Assembly: GCA_051294905.1 (NCBI GenBank)
Contig: CM119371.1
Location: 4,528,001 to 4,592,000 of the forward strand
DNA length: 64,000 bases
Direction of reading: 5' to 3'
Source of the DNA: Botryllus schlosseri
Taxonomy: Eukaryota
The translations under genes and the position numbers were made by a program. The number at the start of each line of letters is the position of its first letter. Position 1 is the first letter of the stretch. Shown piece after piece: positions 39,212 to 51,560 of this stretch. The notes beneath the pieces are model-generated. The model was not told where the DNA came from and searched no databases. It saw nothing but the letters and a program-made list of their open reading frames with translations.

Positions 39212-39653
39212 GTAACATTGCATGCAGTAGTGCATTCGTAAATAATCTTTGAAAATTATGTCAGAACCAGAGCCGACTAATTATTGGCTTGCCAATTCGG
39301 GGATGAAACTATGCACATTATGTACCACTGACATAAAATAATTGATGGCGCTACAATCTCTCTAAAGTAGACTTGTACAAACTGCTGGATTTTCAACATA
39401 CGAAACAAGAATTTGAAGTGCTCACTTTTCCAAATTCTCTACTTGAGTTAACGACCATTGAAAATCCACTACTAATTAACTAATACACAACTCGCTGATG
39501 ATTGTTTGGCTACTAAATTACAAATGAGCTGAGAAATATCGGGCATAGAATTGGCATCTTATAATGACCAGGTTTCGAGTTCAAAACGGGAGTGGTTTCG
39601 ACCTCCAATACTCAACACTGCTAATACCACTGTTTGGCGTGATCACTCTGAAT

Positions 39654-40104
39654 CAGCGCTACAATGACTCAAGTCATGACACGACTCGAATCAGACTCAG
39701 TGATGTTTATTTGGTGACCCGACTTGACTCGTGTCATATGACTCAGGACTATCAATGTAACTTCGAAGAATAGTAAAGTCACGATATGATTGGTATTTCG
39801 TCTGTCAGTCCTGATGCTTTGAAAATAGGGCCAGAAACTGTTAGGGTCGAGGAAAATAGCGATATTTTGAGTGTGAGCCATTCTATATTGCTCGAGGAGA
39901 GATGGAAAAAGTGGATTAGATAGGACTGACAACTGAACAGTGAACTTGGACTCGGGCTCAAGTGAAAACATTATGACTGACACTCGACTCTGTACTAGTT
40001 AACTTGAATTAGGGCTTGACTGTGTGGTGAATTGAAAATGACTCGACTTGACTCGAGTCAAAACTGTAAAAGTGAGATTGACTTGTGACTTAGTTACAGC
40101 TCTG
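39654..40104. mobile_element. MITE with gactcg repeats
   Basis: TIR cagcgctacaa / ttacagctctg; TSD ctctgaat / ctctgagc; paralogous empty site ctctgagt at about 47562. Confidence 0.75.
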
Positions 40105-40395
40105 CTCTGAGCTAACAAAGGCTGCAATAATATCATGCAGCACAACACCGGTATCATGACGACATACGTTTTCTAGTTGTTGTTGTTGTCGACGGCTAAA
40201 TTTTTTTCAATGCACAACTTGAAGTAGAACCATTTACTATTCAAGATCCGCGACTGCTACCAGAACCACTTGCTATTATATTACGTAGCGGAAACCATAA
40301 TTCCTCTTCCTCATAATTGCAGTTGTCAGCAGTTTGTTGGTAGTTAATACAAATCTGTATACCCGAGTAATTGAATATAAAATTTGTATTGACAG

Positions 40396-40589
40396 CTTGG
40401 AATCTATTCCTGAAAAATATGGAGGTGAGGTTTGAAGATTTCGACGAGAATTCATCCTGGCTGCCAAAGTCGACTTTGACGGCCAAAGAAAGGTAATTTT
40501 TTCCGCACGCTCGACTATATTGCACTTGAAGTTATCGGAAAGAACGGACACGGTTTCGATGTGGAGACCTGCTCGCTGGGCTGTGTTTT
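40396..40589 (+). pseudogene. PLK1: PLK exon D copy 3
   Basis: NLFLKNMEVRFEDF...DYIALEVIGKNGHGFDVETCSLGCV; indels. Confidence 0.85.
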
Positions 40590-40966
40590 GTGAGTGTATA
40601 AGAACATTCATTTGTAAGTTTATTGAACGGGAATCGCGCGGGTCTCAGTGGTAGGATTGGGAGAATTTGTGCAACTGAGTGATTTGATTCTGAATCCAAT
40701 GTCATCCTTAGAGTCAGTCGAGTATCCGAGTATCACTCAATATGAAGTCATAACAGTATGAATGATGGGGAAAGTACAGATAGGCACATTTTACGCGAGA
40801 ACAAAAATATAATTATTCGAGTCGAATCATTGAGCCCAGCCTTAGCTATTGCATATTGCACAGACGTCTATCGTTATTATCAGCGAGGGGCTAGGCAAAA
40901 TCCAGCATCTTGGTGATTGGATTACGTGATAAGTATTCAGCATCAAGCTGGGGTGTTCTTGTAGCC

Positions 40967-41613
40967 CAGTGGTTCTTATACTTTTCAGACCGCGACCCAA
41001 ATCTGACTTTTAGTGGTATCTCGCGACCCATGCAACACACACCAAAATGAATGCATTTGGGTGCCGACCAATTATATCAATAACGAAGGGTTTGGCCACC
41101 CAGCGACGGTCAATTATCGCCACCGAACTCTTTGGCACCGCACTTTGCCCAGTCGTATGTTGACCCAACGTCATATATTCATGTGTTCAAGCGTGGGTTT
41201 TGGCCTCATAAACAGGCAACCGTTCGTTGTACAACTCTACACTAAAGCGTCCCAGGTCTCCAACGGTGTCTTCCAGAAAAACCAATGTTGAAAAATCTTA
41301 CCGTGAATTCAAAGCAATTTGTTTAATACAAAGGTCGGCACATTTTCATGACCAAGTCACGTTGTGGTGGCGACTTCTCCACGTGTCTCGCTTATTGGCC
41401 GTGGTACCAAACTCAGTGACCGCCAGATATGCTCTCCGACATGCTCAAGCCAACTACAGTAAATCGCGCGAAAAGCGAAGATATTTTTGTTGTTGCAATG
41501 ATCTCAAATAATATTACATGCATATTAAAGGACCATTCTGGTACCGTCGCGACCCAAAATTATACCCTTCCCGACCTATGTTTGGGTCGCGACCCATACT
41601 TTAAGAACCACTG
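40967..41613. mobile_element. hAT (Buster-type) MITE
   Basis: TIR cagtggttctta / taagaaccactg; exact TSD TTGTAGCC; subterminal cgcgaccca repeats. Confidence 0.9.
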
Positions 41614-41828
41614 TTGTAGCCTGTATCCTGCCAACAAACTGTTTGAATTCGAGTTCTTAGCTGGTTCCATGCTGAGTATATAACACGTCTTTTTATGAGG
41701 TCATAAAACCTCCCAATCCACATTTTAACCCATTATGGGTTTGCGAAGAAAATGGAATTTTCCAGCCCTCATCACAATTGCAGTGCTATTATTTCAAAGT
41801 TGTATCATCTAATTTCTTTACTTGACAG

Positions 41829-41985
41829 GTGTTACTAATACAGAGACACAGAAACATATGTGACAAGCAAGCGGTCATCATCATATGCAGTAACGAATCA
41901 TCGGACTTTCGTGTGCCAAAGTTGGAAGCTCAGCTCGAGAAATTGATGCATACCAATCTAACTTTGAAGTTTGCTATAAACATGG
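41829..41985 (+). pseudogene. PLK1: Probable PLK linker exon G
   Basis: ag/gt bounded; SDFRVPKLEAQLEKLMHTNL...AINM loosely resembles DCHLSDMLQQLHSVNAS; phase 1 at both ends fits exons F and H. Confidence 0.55.
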
Positions 41986-42835
41986 GTTGGTACTTATAAA
42001 ATCAGTAATTGAATTCATTTTGTATCGACTTCCCTCTTACATGTAGGCCTACTTGTAAAAATCAGTGATTTTATAGCATTCATGACTGTCGCGACAACTG
42101 AAAAATATCATAAATTCTCTGTGCAAATCTAGTTTGTCAAATTGCAGTACCGTAAATCTGGCCGATATCTTGAAATCCATGCTTATCTCAAATTGAGAGA
42201 TATGATGGATCCAAATTACGGCTCTTGCTCGCATGTGACGTTGCCGAGAAGATTGTTGACACTTGAGCTGTGCGGAATGAATCGGGTGGGTTCTTAAAAC
42301 TGAATCGCGCATTATTGTCATTGATTCCAGTCGAATAGGGAGAAACGTTCCGTTCCATCACTGAAATCCTCTGCTCCTTGTCATTCCGAGTTGATTGATC
42401 GATGAAAAGGATTGCTTCGATACTCATGTCCAGTGCGCAAAGCTGTAAACCTCGATTGGTCGTACCACAACATACTTAACATGTGGTACATGCATGACGC
42501 GTATTACTAAAATTGACATATCTGTGAAGCCGTGATCAACCCACACCACTGCCGCAAAGTGCAATGAAATAGGCGTGGTCAAAGGGATACAAAATCGTCT
42601 TCAATGTGATATAGGACTGGCGTTATATTGGTTGTAGTAACTTATTTGAACTTTCCACGTCATCAACACGGGTATGGCATCATAATAAGCGCTTGTCGAA
42701 CACTCGACTCGAAGCCTATTATCCGGATTCAATTTCGAATCACCCAGGTACCCGATTTTTGACAGCCATGCGTAGAACAAGGCCGATATCCCAATGGCAC
42801 CATGAAATGAAATTTTGAATTAGAGAGGTTCACCA

Positions 42836-43683
42836 CAAGGGTGTGAAACATAAGACCCGCCAGACGATTTCATCCAGCCTGCGAAGCAATTCTGAGTACG
42901 GTAGATTGAAAAATTCTTATATTGTCCCGCAATTTGTTGCAAATGTTGCGAATTTTTGCAGGAAATACTTCTATGTTCATAGGCCTCTTAATAACCACCC
43001 GACTACGGCGTTTCGGTTCCACTTTAGTGACCACTGCTGAAATTCACATCCAATTTCAGGAAGGCCCCAAGTGCACAATAAGTTCAGAGTTTTATACAAA
43101 TATGGACCAAAAAGTAGCTATTCACAGAAGCGAAAACGCCAATGCTTGACCGTTATATGCAGTTTGCCGTACTTAGTAAATATATTAGTTGCGCAAATAT
43201 ATAATTGAAATGTCTGTGGTCGCACTGCTGTGCCACTTTCGACCCAATAGAACCCCGGACATGACAGAAACCGAACTAGCGGTTTAGTAATAACAAACCA
43301 ACTTCTAACGTCCGCGTTTCCAATTATGTTGTATTCCTTACAACGTATATGCATGGCTAACGCCAGATTACGACTAAATCAAAGGGAGCAAAAATATGCT
43401 ACTTTATATATCGTCTTTATCGCCACTGTTTTAGCTATTCTCAACTGTATTCAACCTTGCAATCATCATATTTTTGCCAATTCCATTGTTCGTGAATAGA
43501 GGTGTTGCAACTTGCTCCTTCAAAAACGCTATGATCCGTGTATCGTTTATATATGCTTTTATGGTATTCTGGTGAAATGCAAGAGCACGAGGTAACACTT
43601 TGAAATCAGTTGACTGGTCCGGCCTGCGAGTGATTTGAAGGCTTGAATCCGGCCTGCGTCATAATTTGAGTTTGACACCCCTG
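42836..43683. mobile_element. hAT/Charlie-like MITE
   Basis: Ends caagggtgtgaaac-like / gtttgacacccctg; interrupts intron sequence that is contiguous in paralogous units; TSD degenerate. Confidence 0.6.
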
Positions 43684-43814
43684 CTTTATTGGTTCAAAAC
43701 TTTGTTATCAAATTTTAGAAGAAAGGTTGAGAACCACTGATTTTGATGTTTCCAACAAATTATTTTCTTGTTTTCATCGTGTCATTTCCGATTAGCTTTA
43801 ATTTATGTTTTCAG

Positions 43815-43946
43815 TCGCTGATGGAAGTTTACAAAAGTAACGCGTCATCATAGAAGCAGAGACTCGTTATTGCATGCGACAGATTCTGATTACCGTCGTT
43901 ATATTTACGATTGTATGATCATTCACAGAGTGACAGAGATATCAAG
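43815..43946 (+). pseudogene. PLK1: PLK exon C copy 6
   Basis: SLMEVYKS...EAETRYCMRQIL...; indels; closest to copy 3. Confidence 0.85.
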
Positions 43947-44666
43947 GTAATAATTGTAGTGTAATTGTCTAATAAAACTAATCAAGCGAATGCCTGTAAT
44001 CTAATTATAATCTAATTTGTCCAAATGTTTCTATGTTCTCATAGTAATTCTAATCCAATTTCTGGTTTTCTTGAAACTGCTGCAGGGGAACTGTGTCGTT
44101 TGAAACCAACCAAGTTCGATGTACAGACATTTGCCAATTTTGTGCCTATGAGAATGAACTCGGATTTGATATAAACTGAGATTCATTCGATGTCAAAGTT
44201 TTGTAAATTAAGTAATTCTAATTGTGATCTAATTTCGAAAAATTTGTGTAGCTATCACTTGACTCTGATTTGGAGTAAAACTGTTTAGCTTCAACTCAAT
44301 TTCAAAACGTATTCGCATAAAACTGTTTAGCTATCATGGTAATATTCTGATTTGTAAAAAGCTGTGTTCTACTGCTAAAAGCTGCTAATTCTACTCTAAT
44401 ATGGATAAAAATAGCTTAGCTGCTGTAATTTCAATCGTAATCAAATTTGGAAAAGCTGAAAATTTTCTAGTTGATCAAGTCTACAAATAGGTTTATCCTT
44501 ATACTTGAATCTCTTCCTATCGAACTACGGAAGTAGTTTACTATTTCAAATCCAAATATTGATTTATATTATGGTTTTAAATCCACAAATCTTGATTCCC
44601 AAACAATCTCATAAAAATATGAATTACTAGCTGTAATTTTGTTGATATTTGTGATGTTCCCACTAG

Positions 44667-44833
44667 AATGTTGGCATGCGACCCCTCCCAACGACCCTCT
44701 GTATAGGAACTGTGAGCGAGAGAGTATTTTAACGGCTACATTTCACAGAAACTGCGCACAACCTGCTTGACCATGGGGCCCAGGTTATCGGAAAGCCAAC
44801 TACAACGAAGGCGAACTCTATAGAGTTTGAACA
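44667..44833 (+). pseudogene. PLK1: PLK exon F copy 4
   Basis: MLACDPSQRPSV*EL*AREYFNGYISQKLRTTCLTMGPRLSESQLQRRRTL*ELN-like. Confidence 0.85.
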
Positions 44834-46019
44834 GTGAGTATTCCCTAGCTCTTAACAAATTAGAGTTCGTGGTTGATTGCATTCTGCTAAAGCCTAACCG
44901 ATATCATATTTTCGAACCAATACCGATTAGTAACACTTTCACCGATAACCCAACTATATCCGGCCTATATTGAAACAATATGGCAACTTGCGTAAGGCAC
45001 ATTTCTAAATCTTCAGAGCATTGATTTGAACAACTTTGCGGCCGTTACTATGCTTGGATATGAAATAAACTAGAAAGACTGCATCTGGATACTTATATGC
45101 AGAGGCAGTCAGTAACAATAGTAGCCTTCCTCATTTTTTCAGAATACTCAAGTAGGTTTTGCCGTATACTTCCACTAATACAAAAGTCACTCCATATTTT
45201 AGACGACTTTTGTACCTCCTATGTAACAGTTCAGTTTTTCGGCAAAACCAGTTCTAGAATACTTGCCTTATTACCGTACCTACTTTGTCATCGCTACTTT
45301 TGCGTATGCGCGAGCAGACATTTACAATGTTACTTCTACTTCAATGCTCGAGTACCAAAGTGACCACTTGTAAGTCACGTGAAATAGATGATTATTCCCA
45401 ATGTAGCAATCGCAAATAATACTTTTCCATGCTACCATGTCGTGACGTCACAAAAATTGCCGATATTTTTACCTCTCATGGCTGATATGATTCAAACCCT
45501 ACTATAGACCTGGTGTGATTGGCCAAAACGATAGCATCAGTCATGTTATCATTAAACCTTATTAAAATAAACCACCTCATGACATTTATGAACTGGTAAT
45601 ATCTTCTGACTCTACAATTCATCTCTAGTCCTAGTTCTAAGCACATTCCGCATAGGGCAGCATATGGAACTGCTGAAGTAGAATGTCCATTTTTGATTAA
45701 TTTAAGTGACTCAATTATTCTCAAGTCCGGGTCCCTAATTAATTAACTAATGGGCCTAGCTGATGATATAAAATACTGAAATTCATAAGAGTTAAGGAAT
45801 ATTGGCATTTCAATTATAAAACCACCTGGTGGTACTACTTGCTTAATAGTGATTACTCGGAGCTGGCTGCAAAAACACCGGTATCATGACACACCAAATG
45901 AAGACATTTGTTTTCTAGTTGATCGGCAAATAAAGTTATTTTAGATGCACGAATAGATCAAGAACTACTCACTTTTCCGAATCCGCAACTAACACTAGTA
46001 CCCAGTGTCTGAATTTTAG

Positions 46020-46174
46020 GCATTGCTCGGGGCTCGCGGATGATCACCAGAAGGACAATATATCTCAAGAGATCATCTCCACCGCAGTTTGAATCACAAG
46101 CATGTCGTTGGATTTTACAGATTGTTCCAAGACAAGGATTTGTCGACATCGTTCTCGAGTTGTGCAAAAGAAGG
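46020..46174 (+). pseudogene. PLK1: PLK exon B copy 7
   Basis: Closest to copy 4; ends [10 protein letters not shown], then gtaaaa; indels. Confidence 0.85.
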
Positions 46175-47143
46175 GTAAAAGCATTTCCTTGTGATAACTG
46201 TAATGTCTCTTAAACTGTGGGGCTCGCAATCGCATCAGCTCTGTAAGGTTCATTTCTGGCAGACTTTGACAACTAATTGATATCAAGTTTACTGATTTTT
46301 GGAGTATTTCTTTCACATATTTAGTAATTCTGGCTGTAATTCTAATTCTAAGCACATTTGAGAAAAACGGTAGCTATCGTTCAAATGTAATTTGGAAAAA
46401 TTTATCCAGCCCAGTACTCGGATGGGAATCGAGTAACAATTCTCATGATTCGAGTCTAGGTGAGAGCCATGAATTTTGTTTGAGTACCGTACTGAAATGA
46501 TATGCTCTGTGCCACAAGAATGATTACTCATGAACCTTGCTGAATTGAACCGTGAGTTAATTTACCAATAATTATGGTTTCGACAGTATTTCGCACTATG
46601 GAACGCTGTAAACCTGAATTGGACGTACGCAGCATATGAAACATGTAGTACAAAGCTGCACAGGTTACTGAAAATCATATATATGTGAAGCCTTCATCAA
46701 CACACAGCATTGTCAAAAAGTGCAATGAAATAGGTATGGTACAAAAAATGCCGAATAATCTTTAATATGATGCAAAACTGGAATTGCACTCTTTGTGATT
46801 GCAGGAAGGGTCCTTAGTTGAACTTTATACATCATTCATGCTGTTATCATGACATAACGAGTTTAACGGGAGTACTCGTCTTGACTCGAAGCCTAATACT
46901 CGGTTAAGTTCCAAATCAGGTATTGATTTTGCACAGCCCTATGTATAACAAGTCAAATATCAAAATAGCAGTGTCATATGAAGTTTCTAACTTGGAAGGT
47001 TCACCGATCTGCAAAATTTGTTGTTTAAATTTTACCTGCCCGCAAGCTCACATTGGTGGAGAACCGCTGATTTCTATGTACCCAACAAATACTGCAATTG
47101 ATTTCATTCTATCAATCCGACTAGCTTTGATTTTCATTGACAG

Positions 47144-47269
47144 TGGTCGTTGGATCTCGACAAAAGTAGTCGCGTCATCACAGAAGCAGAGATTCGCTCT
47201 TTCATGCAACAGATTCTGCTTGGAGTCGGTTACCTTCACGATGGGAAGATCATTCACACTAATATCAAG
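47144..47269 (+). pseudogene. PLK1: PLK exon C copy 7 (open frame, HRD changed to HTN)
   Basis: WSLDLDKSSRVITEAEIRSFMQQILLGVGYLHDGKIIHTNIK; 126 nt; ag/gt. Confidence 0.9.
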
Positions 47270-47789
47270 GTAACATTGTTTGCGGTGGTTCCAGTCAGTG
47301 CAAACTGCTTGATTTTTGATATGTGCAACTACAATTAGAACTACTCAGTTTTCAAAACTAAAACTAGAACCAAAGACTGTTACAAATCCCAACTAACTAA
47401 CTAAAATATAGCTAAGTAATAACGGATAATTTAATTTCCAAATAACAAATGAGCTAAGCAATATTGGAGATAGAATCGGCATTTTGAGTTTCAAAATGGA
47501 GGGGTTTCGGCCCCCAAAGCCTCTCTTGCTTGCTTATATCAATGTATTTTGGTAATGATGACTCTGAGTTACCAATGTCTGCAAGATCATCACACAACAG
47601 AACACCGCCATCATGATTACACGCATTTTCTAGTAGTCCGGCGACTACATTTTTATTAAAATGCACAACTTGAACTAGAACTACTCAAAAAAAGCAGCAG
47701 TTACTGTAGTTCGCCATCATTCAACTGGATGAGTAGTTTGTACAACTTTATATACTTATGTAGCTTGATGTTGAAATTTTGATTGACAG

Positions 47790-47972
47790 CTGACAGAATT
47801 CCCAAACAATAATGAGGTGAAGTTTGAAGATTTTGGTCAAGCTACCAAGGTCGACTGCGACAGCCACACAACGAATACTCTTTGCGGCACTCCCGACTAT
47901 TAATGACCCGGAAGTTCTCGGCAAGAATGAACACAGTTTCGAAGCGGACGCCTGGTCGCTTGGTTGTGTTTT
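47790..47972 (+). pseudogene. PLK1: PLK exon D copy 4
   Basis: EVKFEDFGQATKVDCDSHTTNTLCGTPDY...PEVLGKNEHSFEADAWSLGCV; frameshift/stop. Confidence 0.9.
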
Positions 47973-49044
47973 GTGAGTTGATGCACCAATAGCACCATTG
48001 ATAAGGGATCTTTATAAAAAGGTGGTCGCAAGGGTCTTAAATGTAGAAGGTCGCACGGTTCTTAAATGTAATTCTGGGCTAAATCGAGTACCTGACAGAT
48101 TCCATCCTGATCTTACTATTCGGCTTCTGGTTGAGTATCTGAGTATCACCTCTTGTGACGGCATAATGTTTTTAAAAATGTGGAAAGCTCAAATATGAGA
48201 CCACAAATGATATAACAGCATTTCTACACCACCCTAAATAATTTTGTATTTTTCAACCATACCTATTTAGTTCCAGTATGTGACAATGCGTGGCTTGATC
48301 ACGACTTGATATATGTCATTTCCACTAACACTGTACCTCAGTGGTTCTCAACCTTTTTGTCTTCGCGGACCCCCTCAAGTTTTCGTTCAAATTTAGCTCA
48401 CCTATCGGCTCGCACAACCGTCATCTGTCCTGTGCAAATATTAATTGTTGACTAGCGATAAACAGCAACAAAATGACTTTTCTTGAAAATAATATCACAC
48501 TAAATGTAGACTTTCATTATTTCGAAGCGAATTTAAGTGCTATATTTATTGTCTTGAAAATCCGTGTCTTCGATTTGATAGGAACGACTGCCGAAAATCC
48601 ATTTCCACAAAGACACGTGATGGTGAATGTAATATTAACGCACAACGCTTCCGCCATCTTTTTGTGTAAGTTTTTAATGAAGGTATCACGACACTAGCAG
48701 CAAATTTATCACTGAAAATTATATGATCAATAATATTTTCCACTGTGGGAGGCTGTAAACCTCGATTGGCCGTATCGCAGCATAAGAAACATGCAGGGCA
48801 AAACCACGCAGTACACGGATTAGTGGAAATGACATTTCTGTGAAGTCGTTGTCAGCCCACAGCATTATCACAATGCGTTATGAAATATGAAAGATTATAA
48901 AAAAATACCAAATACTCTGTAATGTGATCTAGAACCGTCATTACATTGTTTGTAGTCGCATAAAAGGTACACTCCACCAAAATGATTGTTAGCACTGACT
49001 TAGTGGGCAATTTCTGTATTTGAATGCTATATGTGATTGGACAG

Positions 49045-49122
49045 ACGAGGCAGAAGAGCCAGCTGCTGTACCGGTGCTTTGGGTCAGCAAATGAGTCGGT
49101 CTGACGGATCAAGCTGGCATCG
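49045..49122 (+). pseudogene. PLK1: PLK exon H (polo-cap and start of polo box 1)
   Basis: EAEEPAAVPVLWVSK*V vs PLK1 EAEDPACIPIFWVSKWVDY. Confidence 0.85.
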
Positions 49123-50283
49123 GTATGGAAATGTTGGTATTGTCGCTGTGTCTGGATATGCAAACAGTACTGATATGAGATTACCATCTAATTCGATAAA
49201 TACGCAAGTGAATAAAGTAGTCTTCTTGACTACTCAAATAGAAGTAGAAATAGCGCTGTATATTCTACTCAATTAGAAACAAAAGTAGGCCTACTTGAAT
49301 TATACTACAAATTTGAGTGAATTCCAACTAGTAGAATCGGAACTATTTGAATTTTTCGTTAATAATCCCCGGATCAAGGATAATCCGAAAATTATCAACG
49401 AAAAACTCGAATAACTACGCTTCTACTAGTAGGAATTCACACAAATTTGTTTTGCATCGTCTTTGAAGACAGCTCAACAATTTCATGGGGTTGACAGAAA
49501 AATTTGAGAATTTTTTTTTTAAATTTTATTATTAAATTAAAAATTTCAATTCAAGATTGCACGGCCTTTACTGGTTGGAATTGAGTCAAATTTGGCGTGC
49601 ATCGTTTTCTTGGACAACCTGATTTGGTCATTAGGCGAGTGAGATTTGGAAAATAAATTTTTTTTTGAACAACCCTATTGGTCAACTATATAATTTTAGT
49701 TGTCAAATTGGAATGATTAGAGCCTAATGCCGGTAATGTAATTCTAATCTGATTTGTAAAAATTTTTCATGCTCTCGGTTCAATTCTAATCGAATTAATA
49801 ATGGCCTACAGCAGAGCTGTATCGCGCAAAACGAGCACAGCTTGGTGATGAAGCATTTGACATTTTCATGCTTATGGGAATGATTTGATGATGCAAATGG
49901 AACTCTATTTTTGTTATATTTTTTACCAATTAGGAATTTGATTCGATTCGGTAGATTTTGCGAATTCAGTAATTCTAATCCAAATTGAATAAGCTGATTT
50001 TCTACTTGTCCAACTAATGGTTTTCATCACCTCTTGCCAACTAACATGAACTATTGCCAAATACAACTTCAATAATGTTAATGTAATATACAATTATGTG
50101 TTACATATCATAACATTTCGCTGCTCAAGAATGCCTGTAAATATCCTAATATGGTTCTTACTATAGCTGGCCTTGAAATAGCTGGAAAATATTCATTGAT
50201 TCAAATAAAATTTCGATATTTTCCTTACAATGGCCGTCGTTCAAATACTTGCAAGATTTTGATAGATTTGATTCCAATTTCAG

Positions 50284-50489
50284 GTTACCTACGATGGGAC
50301 AACAACAACGGAGTGCTTTACAACGATAGCACGCCAATATTTCTGCACACCAACGACGAGCAATTACAGTATATTGACGAAGACATGGCAGAATCTTACT
50401 ACACACTACAACAACACGTGATCACCCTAACCAAGGAAGTAACCTTGCTCATGTATTTCCGCAACGACATGTCTGGGCATTTGTCCAAG
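50284..50489 (+). pseudogene. PLK1: PLK exon I (polo box 1, open frame)
   Basis: YLRWDNNNGVLYNDSTPIFLHTNDEQLQYIDEDMAESYYTLQQHVITLTKEVTLLMYFRNDMSGHLSK vs PLK1 YQLCDNSVGVLFNDST...LLKYFRNYMSEHLLK. Confidence 0.9.
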
Positions 50490-51406
50490 GTGCGTTGTAT
50501 TGATTTGTGATTTGATTGGAAATGAAAGTAATATAATGCTAATGATACAATATCACAACAGTTACTTATTCGGTCTGATTTTAGAATACATTACTTCTAC
50601 CTGATAGATTTTAAACAAGGCCGCTTACTTTTCACACTTGAGACTGTCAAGTGGAAGTAGTTTAAAGTCATATCTACTCGAAGCAATAGTGCAAGTAGGT
50701 AAAACCTACTCTAGTGATTTGTGAAAATTGAAGTACGTTTTACAGACTACTTCTGGCAAGTAATATCAAAATGTTATTGCCAATTGCATACATCTATACT
50801 ATTTCTACTAAATCACTAGTGGGAGTAGTGATTCCCAGGACTTGTCAGGGCCACTTGAAGTAGAAGTAGAGAAGGATGGTTGGAAAGGTAGTCAAATCGA
50901 GTAGTTTTGAAAAGTATATTTGTTCAAGACGTCGCATACTTTTAGTAACTGATCGTAGTTGGCTACATTAGAAATGGCAAAATTCATGTTCACGACTAAT
51001 ACAAAATGACCGATTACATTACCAATAGATGCAATTTACCAAAATAAATTCTGTTTCCCATGATAGACGGACTACTTTTGCTTAGTTGTTGTGACAATGT
51101 CACTCATAACAGTAGTAAAAACTACTTTAAACTTTATAAAATTCAATGTATCAAAGGTGAGCAGTTTTGCTTAAACCGCGGTTGGTTCGAAGTGGGAATA
51201 CTTTTGCCTGTAACTGAGTATAAATTTATGTCGTTACTTCTACTTGTAATTAGTTAAATATTTGAGAAGTTACTTTTACATGAGTAGCATCGCCGTCTAC
51301 CTTGACCACCTACTACTTGTTTGTTTTAAATTCACGAGGTTACTTCTACATGAGTATATTGAGCACCTTTGCTTTAATATGTGTTTTCAATCATGCAGGA
51401 GAGTAG

Positions 51407-51560
51407 GACCACACAAAAGGGATTCTGTGTCCTCTGATGAGAACCGTGATTTACATCGAACAGCAACGTAACTTCACATCCTACAAATACAGATGGAATC
51501 ATTGTGTGGGAGCTCGCTTACGATACGCAGATTGTATTCGGAAAGACTCGTGTTTGGCGA
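51407..51560 (+). pseudogene. PLK1: PLK terminal exon (end of polo box 2)
   Basis: DHTKGILCPLMRTVIYIEQQRNFTSYK vs PLK1 [27 protein letters not shown]; then degenerate ELA..LRYA. Confidence 0.85.

Larger units (their letters stand above)
22892..51560 (+). pseudogene. PLK1: Polo-like kinase 1-like locus: tandemly amplified, exon-scrambled pseudogene array
   Basis: About 29 exon pieces resemble successive parts of PLK1 (kinase domain, linker, polo boxes); most have AG/GT boundaries; stops and frameshifts prevent any intact path. Confidence 0.9.

Noticed and set aside
22892..51560. Functional PLK gene with mutually exclusive exons (Dscam-like)
   Set aside because: Every D, E and H copy has a stop, frameshift or truncation, several donors are mutated, and one polo-box exon is missing
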